From: Heterodontus francisci
Taxonomy: Eukaryota
Assembly (NCBI RefSeq): GCF_036365525.1
Contig: NC_090394.1
Span: 71,740,893 to 71,804,892, forward strand
Direction: 5' to 3'
DNA length: 64,000 nucleotides
Shown here in pieces: positions 50,688 through 61,944 of the stretch. Position 1 is the first letter of the stretch, and every line of letters starts with the position of its first letter. The notes beneath the pieces are model-generated. The model made no database searches, was not told the origin of the DNA, and saw only the letters and a list, made by a program, of their open reading frames with translations. The translations under genes and the position numbers were made by a program.

Positions 50688-51122
50688 TGTCAGCGGTGTC
50701 TCAATTGGTAGCATTCTTGCGTCTGAATCAGAAGGTTGTGAGTTCAAGCCCCTCTGCAGGACTTTAGCACTAAAGTTAAAGCTGACGCTCCAGTACCGTA
50801 CTGAGGGAGTTTGCACTGTTGGAGGTGCCATCTTTCAGATGAGATGTTAAACTGAGGTCCCTTCTGCCCCCTCAGGTGGATGTAAAAGATCCCATGGCAT
50901 TATTGTGAAGATCAGGGGAGTTATCCCTCGTGTCCTGGCCAATATTTATCCCTCAGTCAACATGACAAAAGCAGGTTATCTGGTCATTATCTCATTGCTG
51001 TTGTGGAAGCTGCTGTATGCAAATTGGCTGCTGCTTTTCCTACATTATAGCAGTGAATACACTTCAAAAGTATTTCATTGGATATAAAGCACTTTGGGGC
51101 ATCCTGTGGTCATGAAATGCAA
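50688..51122 (+). mobile_element. DeuSINE (SacSINE1-like)
   Basis: tRNA-like head (ctcaattggtagc..gagttcaagcc); Deu domain ctgagggagtttgcactgttggaggtgccatctttcagatgagatgttaaactgagg..ggatgtaaaagatcccatggca. Confidence 0.92.
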
Positions 51123-52322
51123 GTTTTTTTGCTACTGCTGGAAATAGACTTTGTTTGCTTTGCTGTAAATTATACTGTCTGGCTGTAGGTCCTGATATAA
51201 GTTTTGTCCTGCTTCCAACCCATTGGCTGACAAAAGTGGTGTTAATAGACACACTTAAAAGTCATTACAAAACACCGTGAGCCTGGTTCCAAACAACACT
51301 GTTGCTGGTACACTTAAGGATTGTTAAGCTGAAATACCACTTCCTTCCATTGAATGGGAAGCAGGATTCAGCATCAGTGCTATAAAGGACTCCTAAGGTT
51401 CATAGCAACCATGTTTGTGGTGTCTGTAATAAGGCGCCATTGAAAATTTTGCAAATAAACCTAGTGGTCCCTTGGCATTGAAATCAACTAGAAGGTGGCT
51501 GCCATGATAAAATGGTGTTTTTCAGATAAACTTTGTGCTTCAAACCTCATCTTTCACCCTGGTGAGTGACTACTTCAGCAGATGGAATATAAATTTTAAA
51601 GGATTATGATCCAGCCACACACCGAGAGCTCTGATTGGTTTAACGCTTATGGAACACGTTGATGAACGTCTGAACAGACAGTACCTTTATTGTGGGATAC
51701 GTAAGCAAGGAGGAACTCATTTCCATTTCCTTTGTTTCATTGCTACATAAATATAGCACTGGTGTTGTGAAAAACCCTCTGTCAACTCTTTTGAGCACAC
51801 AGGGTGTAGATCCTAGGGAACAACGTTCGGCCTCGTGAATGGATCCTTCATCAAACATTTACTCGGATCATTCAACAAATTGATCTCCCAAAAAATAAAT
51901 GGGCTGACAATTTTCTGAGCAATTCAATCAAATATGTCAATTCTTAGGATATTAGGGCTGTACAAACGCAATCTCCTGTGATACGAGAGTTTTGTTTTTG
52001 TGTGAAAGCTTAGAATTCAGTGGGCTGAATTTTACTGGCCCCTCAATGCCACGAGTCACAGCGCAGGGACTGGTAAAATGCTGCGGGGGGAGGCCCGCCT
52101 CGACCCGCGGCATTGAGAAGTGCCTGCCGCCTATCACCAGCGGCAGAGGAACCTTGGTACGGCTCCCCCCGCCACTTGGCGGTGGCAGCACAATTAGCAT
52201 ATGGTAATGATTACTTACCTTTGCTGATCATGCAACCTGCCGCCTCTCCACCAACACTGCCAGATTTTTCTTCAAATGGGCGGCCGTCATATGCTGTCCC
52301 GTTCACGATCTGAAAAGCCGGC

Positions 52323-52490
52323 GGGTCCTCACTCTGCATTACAGAAGGGAAGGGGGGGATACACAGGGGTCTAACTCTGCGTTCTGGAAGGGAGGTGGGG
52401 GGTGGTATATGCAGGGGTCTAACTCTGCATTCTTAGAGGGAGGGGGGATACACAGGGGTCTAACTCCGCATTCTGAAAGGGAGGGGGTCT
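52323..52490 (+). repeat. G-rich minisatellite, about 4 copies of a 40-48 bp unit
   Basis: Recurring ggggtctaactctgcattct..agggaggggggatacaca. Confidence 0.85.
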
Positions 52491-54522
52491 GGGATTACTG
52501 GAGGGAAAGCTGTGCTGGCATGAAGGGAGGTACCACGTACCATCCCTCCGTTAACGGTGTACACTCTGTGTTTATGAGGAGGTAGTGGCAAACTAGTCAC
52601 CATGTGTGTGCAGGGTGCCAGAAAGGGCAGGAGCATTAAGGTTCTATGGATGGTGGGGGCAATCAATTCAGCTGGTAGGATCTTGATGTGGTCATGCTGT
52701 GCCACTGAGTATTGGCCAAGATGGGCAGTGCCATGGGACGCCACATAGTTGATCCAGGAAATCAGCTGATGTACTCGTCAACACCAATCCATGCCCTGTT
52801 CGGGACCTTCGAATACATGCAGCGTTCAACTTTATATATCACATGGAAATAGGTATGGCTCATCCTACATTGTGAGATCCACTGCACCTGAGGATCCGTA
52901 TGCGCCAGAGGCAATACCAACAGGCAGGTGCGATCACGTAGAGGCCCCCAGTCGTGAGCAGCGGCCCCCAAGGGGATCTCACCATTACGTTTGACGTGCA
53001 TCTACAGGCCCCACATGACATGACATCGGATGTCAGAGCACCAGTGTCAGAGGAGATTGCGCATTTCGCGAGGTTAGTGACACGTCTCTGCATAAGGATG
53101 ACCTGCAGCCCATGAGCTCGGGTGGACATCCCATGCCTTTGTTCCTTGTACTGGCAGCGGTTCTCAAGCCTGATGCCGCTGCAGCCTTTTAGGAGCCCAA
53201 CAGAGACCTTTGTGGGGTCACACAGCAGCGCACCGCTGCATCAGGGAGGTCACCAATGCCCTGCACCAGAGGGCCAGTGAGTATGTCCGCTTCAGGACGG
53301 AGGCCGTTGGTTCTGGCACCATTGCCAAGAACCATAGGTTGTAATGTTCATAGACTACACTCATGTGGCCATCAGGCCTACTGCCAGTCTACCACCTACA
53401 GATGTCACCATTAAAGGAGCCCTCTCAATCTAGGTGAAGCTGGTATGTGAACACCACAGATGCTTGCAGCGAATGGGTGACCGCTTGTAAGGCAGCTGCC
53501 ATGACACCTGGGTCTTGCGCCAGTCCCGGCTGCCACCGCTGTTCACTGAACTGGCTCAGATGGAGGGGTGGCATCTTGGAGATAAGGGCTATCCTTTGCA
53601 GACATGGCTCCCGACACCAGTGGGAGACTCCACCACTGCTGCAGAGGAGAGATACAATGCCAGCCGCTGAGCTACACGAGCCACCATTGAGCAGGAGATC
53701 GGCATGCTGAAAGAGCATCTCTAATGCCTGTATGGATAGGGTGATACCCTGTACTGTGGGCCGAAAAGGCCAGATCCTTTCTTTGCTGCTCTGCACAACT
53801 ACGCACCCAATAGGGGCCAGGCCTGGCATTATGATGAGAGACGTCAACAGGATTCCTCCTCGGACTATGAGGACGCTGAGGACCTACAATATGAAAGATG
53901 CATGGGAGGGCAGATGGCACCCAGGCTCTGCACGCAAGGCTAACAGTGAGGTAGGGATGTACGGTAGTGGCTTATTAGACAAAGGCTGTCTGCTCCATAG
54001 GAATCGACATGAGCTCTGCAAGCCACACATCATCCTCGCTGACTTGCTGTGCACCAGTCCACATCTGCAGCATTCCTGTGTAGACCATTAGAGGCAGCAG
54101 CTGACTTAGTCAAGGTCCATGTCACTGCATCCGTGGAGATGCTCATGTGTAATGGTGGCATGGCAATAATATTGCATATGTTGGCTCTTCTGAAGGGCCA
54201 ACGGTGCAAAAGGATGTGACATTGGTACTACATGCTGGTACACATCATTCGCACAGCTAAAAGGACACACATGTTGGTGAGGACCATTTAGTGAAAGACG
54301 TATTTACATTGCTGTGACACCCGTGCATTCCCATTTGTGTTCGTGTGTTCTCTGAAAACCTCTAATATCTTTTATGGTGTATTTAAGTCCCACGTCCTGG
54401 AATCTGCAAATTTAAGATTATTCACCCAGCTGCAGCACACATACAAGAAGGAATGTTACACTTGAGTGGGAGAAGAGGATTGCAACTTCACAAGACACTG
54501 GGACACAGCAGGGTAAGTATGT

Positions 54523-54716
54523 GGCAGCAAAGCAGAAATTGCTGGGGTAACTCAGCAGGTAAGGCAGCATCTGTGGAGAGAGAAGCAGAGTTAAATTTCA
54601 GGTCTGTGAACTTAGAGTCATAGAGTTTTACAGCACAGAAACAGGCCCCTCTGCTTCTCTCTCCACAGATGCTGCCTGACCTGCTGGATTTCTGCAGCAC
54701 TTTCAGATTTGCTGCC
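54523..54716. mobile_element. Palindromic Penelope-terminus element with a CR1 3' tail in its loop
   Basis: Arms ggcagcatctgtggagagagaagcagag / ctctgcttctctctccacagatgctgcc; loop 54613-54648 is the reverse complement of a CR1 terminus. Confidence 0.8.
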
Positions 54717-56109
54717 AGATTAACAGCAGCCCCACTCTTCAGTAGTCAGGTAAGTATTACTTTGACAGCTGTCAGGAAGCAGGTGCTGGGGCGCTTAAAA
54801 TAGGGACCCAACACCTGTTGCACAGCTGTCAAAGGGTTCCTCACTGCGCCAAATGTCCCGCCTCTCCCCACGTAATATTGGGGAGGCTTGGTGCAGTGAT
54901 GCTTGGCGCCCCAATAAAATTCAGCCCAGTGTGTTTTTAAAAACTGAGGAAAGGATTTTTCTCTGTGGACATTGATTGCTGAAACTTGGTGGGTTTGAAC
55001 TGAGTGAATTACACAGACTGCAAGGCACATGTTTCCAACCTGTTTCCAGCAGTGGAATGACAGGTCAAGATTTATGATTGTCATGTGACTTGATCGTTGA
55101 AGTTAGTTTCACTTTTGGATTGTGAAAAGACCAGTGAGTTGGACAAGGAGTAGGCAGTTGAAATCTGGCTGTGACCTGACTGGAGAAAAAGACCTCTCTC
55201 TGTAAAGGAGACTTTCATCTCTTGAAAAGAAATCCTGCAGTTGAAATGTGGCTGTGATCTGCCTGGAGAGAGAAAAAGGACTCAGAAAAAACGAGTTACT
55301 TCTCTCTCTAGAGGGAGACTGCTTTTCAGAGAAGAAATCCCTGTATGTCAGAGGTAGCAGATTCCTATTGCCTGCAGTCTTTGAAGAATCCCTGCCTCAA
55401 GAGTGTCCTGTTGCCTCCTATGTTTTGGGAAACCCTGAAATCTCACGAAAGCTTCTACTGCTAGACTGCTTTTTTAAAACCCAAGCAGACCTGTTATTGC
55501 ACCCTTTTGCTGAAAGACCTTTGTGACGCCTACTGCAGACAAATTGCCTTGAATACCTACTCATCACAGACTATTCATCAACCTCGCCTGGAGAGACATT
55601 GAGTGGCATCCAACTATTCGACTCTGGGACACCTCACTGTACCGAAAACATCCTACCAGAACGTGATAAAGTCCATCATGTTATTTTTTCCATTTTATTC
55701 CTAGGAAACAGCTGTAAACCAAAAAAATCCTTTTTCCCTGGTTAACAGTTTTTTTTGAATGTATGTGTGTGTGCATGAGGGTTAAGGAAATAATGAGTTT
55801 TTCATATATATAGATTTATCTTATTAGTAGTTAAGACTTATTATTTCTTTTCTCATAAATAGTTAATATTGTTGTTGTTTAAAGAAACCTGGTTTGGTGT
55901 GCTTTATTCTGGGGGACAAATAGAGTGTCTAATTTGGCTATTCTTCGGTAGGTGGGAAACTTTCTTGATATGCTGTGACCTGTGGAGTAGTGGGACTGAA
56001 TTAACAGTGCATTACTCCCGCCTTGGTCACAACACATGAAAAAAGTTTATTTGTTCCTTTTTTGTATTTCATCAAACCTAGAATCACTCAGGATGAGACA
56101 GTGAGAGCG

Positions 56110-56510
56110 ATAGGATCTTCTGTATGGTGAGGTAGCCAGGGCCAGGCGACCAGTGGGGTGCCCAAAGCTCCGCTTCAAGGATACTTGCAAACATGACATG
56201 AAGGTCCTAAATGTCGACTGTTGCACCCGGGAGTTGGTAGCTGGCAAAAGAGAGAAATGGTGACACATGCTGTGGACTGGTGTGCACTACCATGACGACT
56301 AATTGCTTACAGGAGCTTGGCAACAGGCTCCAACGTCAAACAGAACAACTCACAGCGTCACTTGGAAGCTTCATGTGTGGCACTTGTGGCAAAACCTGCC
56401 TCTCAAGGATTGGCCTTCACAACCATCAGCAAAGGTGCACCACCCCACCTAAATGGATTGTTTGCTGTGTGTCCATAATTTTTATTAGATGGAAGGATGC
56501 CAACCAACCA
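56110..56510 (+). mobile_element. RTE LINE 3' fragment, same family as 21250-22070
   Basis: FMCGTCGKTCLSRIGLHNHQQRC; DNA colinear with 21665-22070. Confidence 0.9.
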
Positions 56511-57087
56511 AAAACCAACAGTTCTTCAGTCTTCTCTCTGAGCATTGATCAGCACTTTTGAATTCTATACAAAATGATCTGTTGATGCAGAAACCCTACA
56601 AAACCTCCAGCCTGATGGTTGGAATCTGAAAATATCGTACAAAGCAATGGTTGAAACATTTCTACAATATTTTCCTTTTAAGAGCACTAAAGTTTGCTTT
56701 CAGCATCAGGACTATGGAGGGAAACAGAGGAAAATTAAATATGAAATATCCCTTCAAACTGTACAGAAGGTAGTATTCTGTTGGTATTTACTCATTGACT
56801 AGCTCCTAAACTTCCTATGTACAATTCAAAAATATAATTCATTTGTCTGATGATGGGTAAAACTAACAATAGGGTAGTTCCCAAATGCGTTCTGTCCACA
56901 ATTGCACTTAGATAATATGTCTAAAAAGCCAAATTTCATTTCAAGCTGATGGTTCACTATAAAACAAATGGATGAATGGAAATTGTTTTCAAACTGCTGC
57001 ATTTTGGCTTGGCAGTCTTTACCTATACCTAAGAAGTATTGTGAAACAAAATTCTTAGAATAGTCATCAGAACTTGTATAGAACTAT

Positions 57088-57268
57088 AGTGTTAACATTT
57101 CAGGTCATTGACCTTTCATCAGAACGTTTTGACGAAATTCTGAAGAAGAGTCATCAACCTGAAACAGTAACTCTTTCTGCACAGATGATTCCAGACCTGC
57201 TGAGTATTCCCAGCATTTTCAGTTTTTATTTCAGATTTCCAGTATCTGCAGTATTTTGCTTTTATAAA
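57088..57268. mobile_element. Penelope-terminus element with two opposed hammerhead cores
   Basis: Minus strand GTT-CTGATGA-A-AGGTC-aat-GACCT-GAAATGTT-AAC (57091-57125); decayed plus-strand CTGAAGA..GAAAC (57140-57165); then the Penelope terminus ..ctgcagtattttgctttta. Confidence 0.8.
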
Positions 57269-57440
57269 ACAATAGAGATGCTTTCTGTTCTATTTGCTAC
57301 TTGTATAGTATTTCTAGAAGAGCTTTTGGAGGGTGAAAATTTGATATCTAATAAAACGTATTCTTTAGAAATTTAAAGGATTGTTTCAATAATCAGTTTT
57401 AGTATCTTAAGGAAATCTCAATTCTGTGTTAAGTTTCTAA

Positions 57441-57572
<132 letters not shown>

Positions 57573-57732
57573 TGAATTTTTTTTTTTCAGTTTTATTAAT
57601 GATTTTTCTGCACCAATCTTTTTTTTTTACCAATTTCTTCTCTCTTGAATGTAGTGATTTCCACTGTGTGCAGACAATCCTTCCAGTATTTCACGTATCT
57701 GGCCTTCGTTCATGTTGGCCCAGGTAGTAATA

Positions 57733-58235
57733 ACCTTAGCCCAGTGGCAACACTTCTATCTCAGTATCAGAAGGTCATGGGCCAACCCTTACTTCAGAGA
57801 CTTGACCAGTAAGTGCTGTGTTGTTGGAACTGCCATCTTTCAGGTGAGACAGTAAACCAAGGCCCTGCCTGACCTTTCAGGTGGACCTAAAAGATCCCAT
57901 AGCACTATTCAAGGAAGAACAGGATCCATAGAACCATATCTGTGCTAACAATTATACCTCAATTAAAACTGCCAAAAACAAATTATTTGGTATTTTCTCA
58001 AAATACTAATAATAATGCCGTTCCTTCACTCGCTGGGTCTCAATTCTGGAACTCCCTTCCAACAGCACTGTTGGTATACCTAAACCCCAAGGACTGCAGC
58101 GGTTCAAGAACGCAGCTCACCACATTTCTCAAGGGCAATTAGGGATGGGCAATAAATGCTGGCCCAGCCAGCGACTACCACATCCCATGAACGAATAAAA
58201 AAAAAAAAAATCTCATTGTTTGCGGGACGTAGCTT
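57733..58235 (+). mobile_element. DeuSINE with a family B LINE tail (58015-58210) inserted
   Basis: tgccatctttcaggtgagacagtaaaccaagg..aaagatcccatagcactatt; LINE tail ending gaacgaataaaa(A)n. Confidence 0.82.
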
Positions 58236-59628
58236 ATTGCCCTTTTAACAGTAATATTGTAGTTGATGCTTAGCTTTCAAACAACTTTACTTTTTCTTAT
58301 CTATTTGTGAGATGCCCTTGATATTCCAAGCCAGTATTTATTTTGTTCTCCAGCCGCTCTTTTGTACATGCATAAAAAAGCTTTAAAAAAAGCAACATAA
58401 TATGTACATCTTTTTTTTATATAACAATACATATTAAAATGTTATATATTTCATTAATTCTACTTATCAATTTCAATTAGTAAATGATTGTCAATAAAAT
58501 ATTTCAATTAAAGCTAACCATAATACCATTTTGCCCAATCAAATATCATATGAACTATTGGCAATAATTTTCTCATGTCCAAAAAAATCAACTTATGGAG
58601 TTAGTGAGAACATGCTCTTAAGAAAATCTGGAATCACCTCTTTCAGGTCAGTACAGTAGGTGACCGGATTTGTCTGTCTTTTGATTCGTAAAGATGGACC
58701 ACCATCTTTGAATTATCCATCGTCAGAATCAAAAGGCTTACGTTAAATCCAAATTGTTATCTGTAAAACAGTACCTTAATGTCTCATATGTGGCAATAAG
58801 AGGTAATATATTAGCTGCATTTTTATATCAATGCATACTGGAAGCCATGCTTTCACTGCCTGCTTGCTTCATGAAGTTGAGAAAGGCAGACGCGCATATT
58901 GTCAGTGTGTTATTAATAATTGAAAAGAGGTTGTCAGGTGACATTAAAATGTTAATAGTTTGGTTTTAACTTTGAAAGCTATGTTTCCCTATGGAGCTAC
59001 ACTGCAATTGGTTTTATACACTAACTGATGCTCCTTCTCGACAGTACAAGACCACTTCTTTGCTGGTATGGCATCAGTCTGTGGCTGTCTCTTTTATACT
59101 GCACGTTTGGTGCAAGAGGGCACTGCACTGATACCAGAAATGGATATGTATGCAGCACAACTGATGTAATCAAGAATCAGGTCATTTGTACTAGCTGTGG
59201 CTTTAAGAAGTATGTTAATCTGCTACACAAAGGTGTGCAAACGTGTTAATTTATCCCCCACAGTAGAATCAATTTTTGATTAGTTGATTCAGATCCAGAG
59301 AAGTATGTGCTGGTGGGATTGTGGAAGCTTATAATTATTTAAATCACCACCAAATAAAAAGTTTAGCTCCATTATGTAATGGACACTTACTGGACATGCA
59401 TCAAAAAAGTTTCTCTAGACTTGATTTGTAAGATCACTGCAGGGACCAATTACTAAATGCTGTTGTTTGGACTCGTCTTCCAAAGAAAATACCCTTTTTA
59501 GTACGCTGTTGTTTGAGGCAGATTTTATCATCAATTTAAAGTCTGCCTAACTAGTAATGTTGTGGCATACATCTGAAGGATAAGTGGGAATTCATTACAT
59601 ACGGGCTGGCAGCCTTGTACATCTCGTA

Positions 59629-60176
59629 CAGTGATTCTCAAAAGTGTGACCCGCGGGTGGTCCAAAATGCAAGTCACTGACTTGCAACACCACAGCCAAG
59701 GCCATACGAGAGAATAGGCCAGCACCTTCATCCCCACCACTTGCATGACATCACATAACTATACTGGCTCCCACTTGCATGGCACGAGTCGTCATAAGCG
59801 CGGGCAACAACAATGTAGTTTTTTAAGCAAGGTTTATGTTTCTAATTTTATTTGATTTAATATAGATTTAAGATTAGTATTAGTTTTTCAGAAGAAGATT
59901 ATTGAGATGGTTTTTTAACACGTTAGAATATTTAAAATAAACGTGTTCTCTTGTAGTATTAATGTTTATAATATGAAAATGTCTATACTTTTGTTTCTGT
60001 CATGAAATAATTTACTTATGTTTAATTAGAAAAGTTCATGCGCGTAAATGTATTACATTCCCATTAATTCTGATGAGTTTTTTGCAGTGGCAAGCAAAAG
60101 TGGGTGGGGTACGTGGTCCACGGGGTCTTTTTCCCTGCCCAACTGGTCCACGGATGAAAAAGTTTGCGAGCCACTG
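59629..60176. mobile_element. Non-autonomous hAT (Charlie-like) element
   Basis: TIRs CAGTGATTCTCAAA / reverse complement CAGTGGCTCGCAAA; 8-bp flanks ATCTCGTA / ATCTAATA (6/8). Confidence 0.8.
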
Positions 60177-60664
60177 ATCTAATACATCTACTTATGATCT
60201 GACATATAGCCAGTGTGGTCCCACCTTCAGATTTCGTAATTGCTTTTATTTCCCTTTCCGTTCTGAGGATTTAGACTTATGCTGGGGTATGATTAACTAG
60301 GAGCCTCAGCCTTCTGGTACCTCCCAGAAGTGACACCTATTATGTGAAAGAAGATTGGGAGTGCTGGCAGATGATTTGATGGTGGGTAGCATCACAGCTG
60401 TGCTCACCGGCATCCATTTTCTAGACCATGACAAAGCATGGTCTATCAGCAACATTTTGCATAATTTTCAACCCCTATACCTCAAAGTTGTTGAGTATTC
60501 CAGCGAGTATCCACAACAATTAACGCTTTCCACGATTATTTCTACCACTTTCGGCAGTGACGCAAAGAACACTCAGCAGAGATTTGTGGTGAAATAGGAA
60601 AGAGTCACTATGGATGCATGGAATTGAGACAATCAGAGAGGATCATCTCTTCCACTTTGAGTCC

Positions 60665-61080
60665 ATGTGTCAGTCATGGTTCAGTGGTAGCATTCTCCCC
60701 TCTGTCAGAAGGTTGTGGGTTTACATCCCAGTCTTGTACTTCAGCACAAAAATCAAAGCTGACACTCCAGTGGTGCACTGTTGGAGGTGCGCCTTTCAGA
60801 TGAGAGGTTAAACTGAGGCGCTATCTGCCCTGTCAGGTGGATGTAAAAGATCCCATGGCACTATCTTGAAGATGTGCAGTGGAATTATTCCTGGTCTCCT
60901 GGCCAACGAACATCACAAAAACAGATTATCTGGTCATTATCATGTTGCTTTGTGGGACCTTGCTGTGTGCAGATTGATTGCCACATTTTCCACATTACAA
61001 CGGTGACTACACTTCAAAAGTGCTTCACTGGCTATAAAACACTTTGGGACGTTCTGTGGTTGTGAAAGGCACTATATAGA
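60665..61080 (+). mobile_element. DeuSINE (SacSINE1-like)
   Basis: Colinear with 50688-51122. Confidence 0.9.
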
Positions 61081-61944
61081 TGCTTTCTTTTGCTTCTGTT
61101 TTCATATTTAAATCTCGACTCCTTCCAGGAAGCTTATTTTTGTTTGAAAGGCAAAATTTCAATAAGCTTCAAAATACTAAAAACGGATATAGATACAGAA
61201 AATAAATATCTGACCATCAGCACTTGCGGCTCCCTTCAGAACACAAGAACACAGAGGCCTTCAAAGGGGAGATAGTTTAGGTCAGACTAGACACATTCCC
61301 ATGAAGGGATAAGGAAGGGCAACCAAAGCAAGAGCTCCCTGGATGACTAAAGACATAGAGATTAAAATGAAACAGAAAAGGGAGTCTTATGATAAATGTT
61401 GAGTTCATAATTCAGTAGAGAACTAAGCTGAGGACAAAAAGGAAAAGGAAATAAATGGAGCAAAGAGAGTGTATGAGAATAAATTAGCAGATAATAAAAA
61501 AGGAACCCAAAAGTCATTTATAAACATACAAATGGTGAAACGGTAATCAAAGGCAGGATAGAGCCAATTAGGGATCAAAAAACAGATGATCTTGTGGAGG
61601 CAGAAGGCACAGCCGAGGTATTAATGAGTACTTTGCATCTGTCAGCATTAAAGAGGAAACTGCCAATGTCACAGAAAAGGAGGAGGTAGTAGAGAAATAG
61701 GATAGGATAAAAATGAGACACTAAAAAGGTTGGCAACGCCCAAAGTAGAAAAGTCATCCAGTCAATGGCATGCCTCCTAACTTGCTAAGGGAAGTGAGAT
61801 GGAAACTGCAGAAGCTCTGTTCGCAGTCTTCAGTTCTCCTTAGATATCTGAATGGTGTCACAGGACTAGAGGATTGCAAATGTTACACTTCTATGAAGAA
61901 AAGGGGAGGGGAAGAGATAAACATGGCAACTACAGGCCAGAACA

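Larger units (their letters stand above)
52022..54927 (+). mobile_element. PIF/Harbinger element with decayed transposase
   Basis: 17-bp TIRs GGGCTGAATTTTA(C/T)TGG (16/17); TSD AGT; [31 protein letters not shown] and TRATIEQEIGMLK at ~53230-53710. Confidence 0.93.
51979..56034 (+). mobile_element. Gypsy solo LTR split by a Harbinger insertion (LTR parts 51979-52021 and 54928-56034)
   Basis: Rejoined halves are colinear with LTR 10640-11682; ends ...ggtcacaaca; TSD CCTG/CATG. Confidence 0.85.

Noticed and set aside
52323-52490. Spaced repeats resembling a CRISPR array
   Set aside because: Eukaryotic context, units are tandem with no unique spacers, and no cas genes
13950-53900. Domesticated HARBI1 or NAIF1 host genes
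   Set aside because: All three transposase copies are frameshifted, lie within TIR-bounded elements and carry nested insertions
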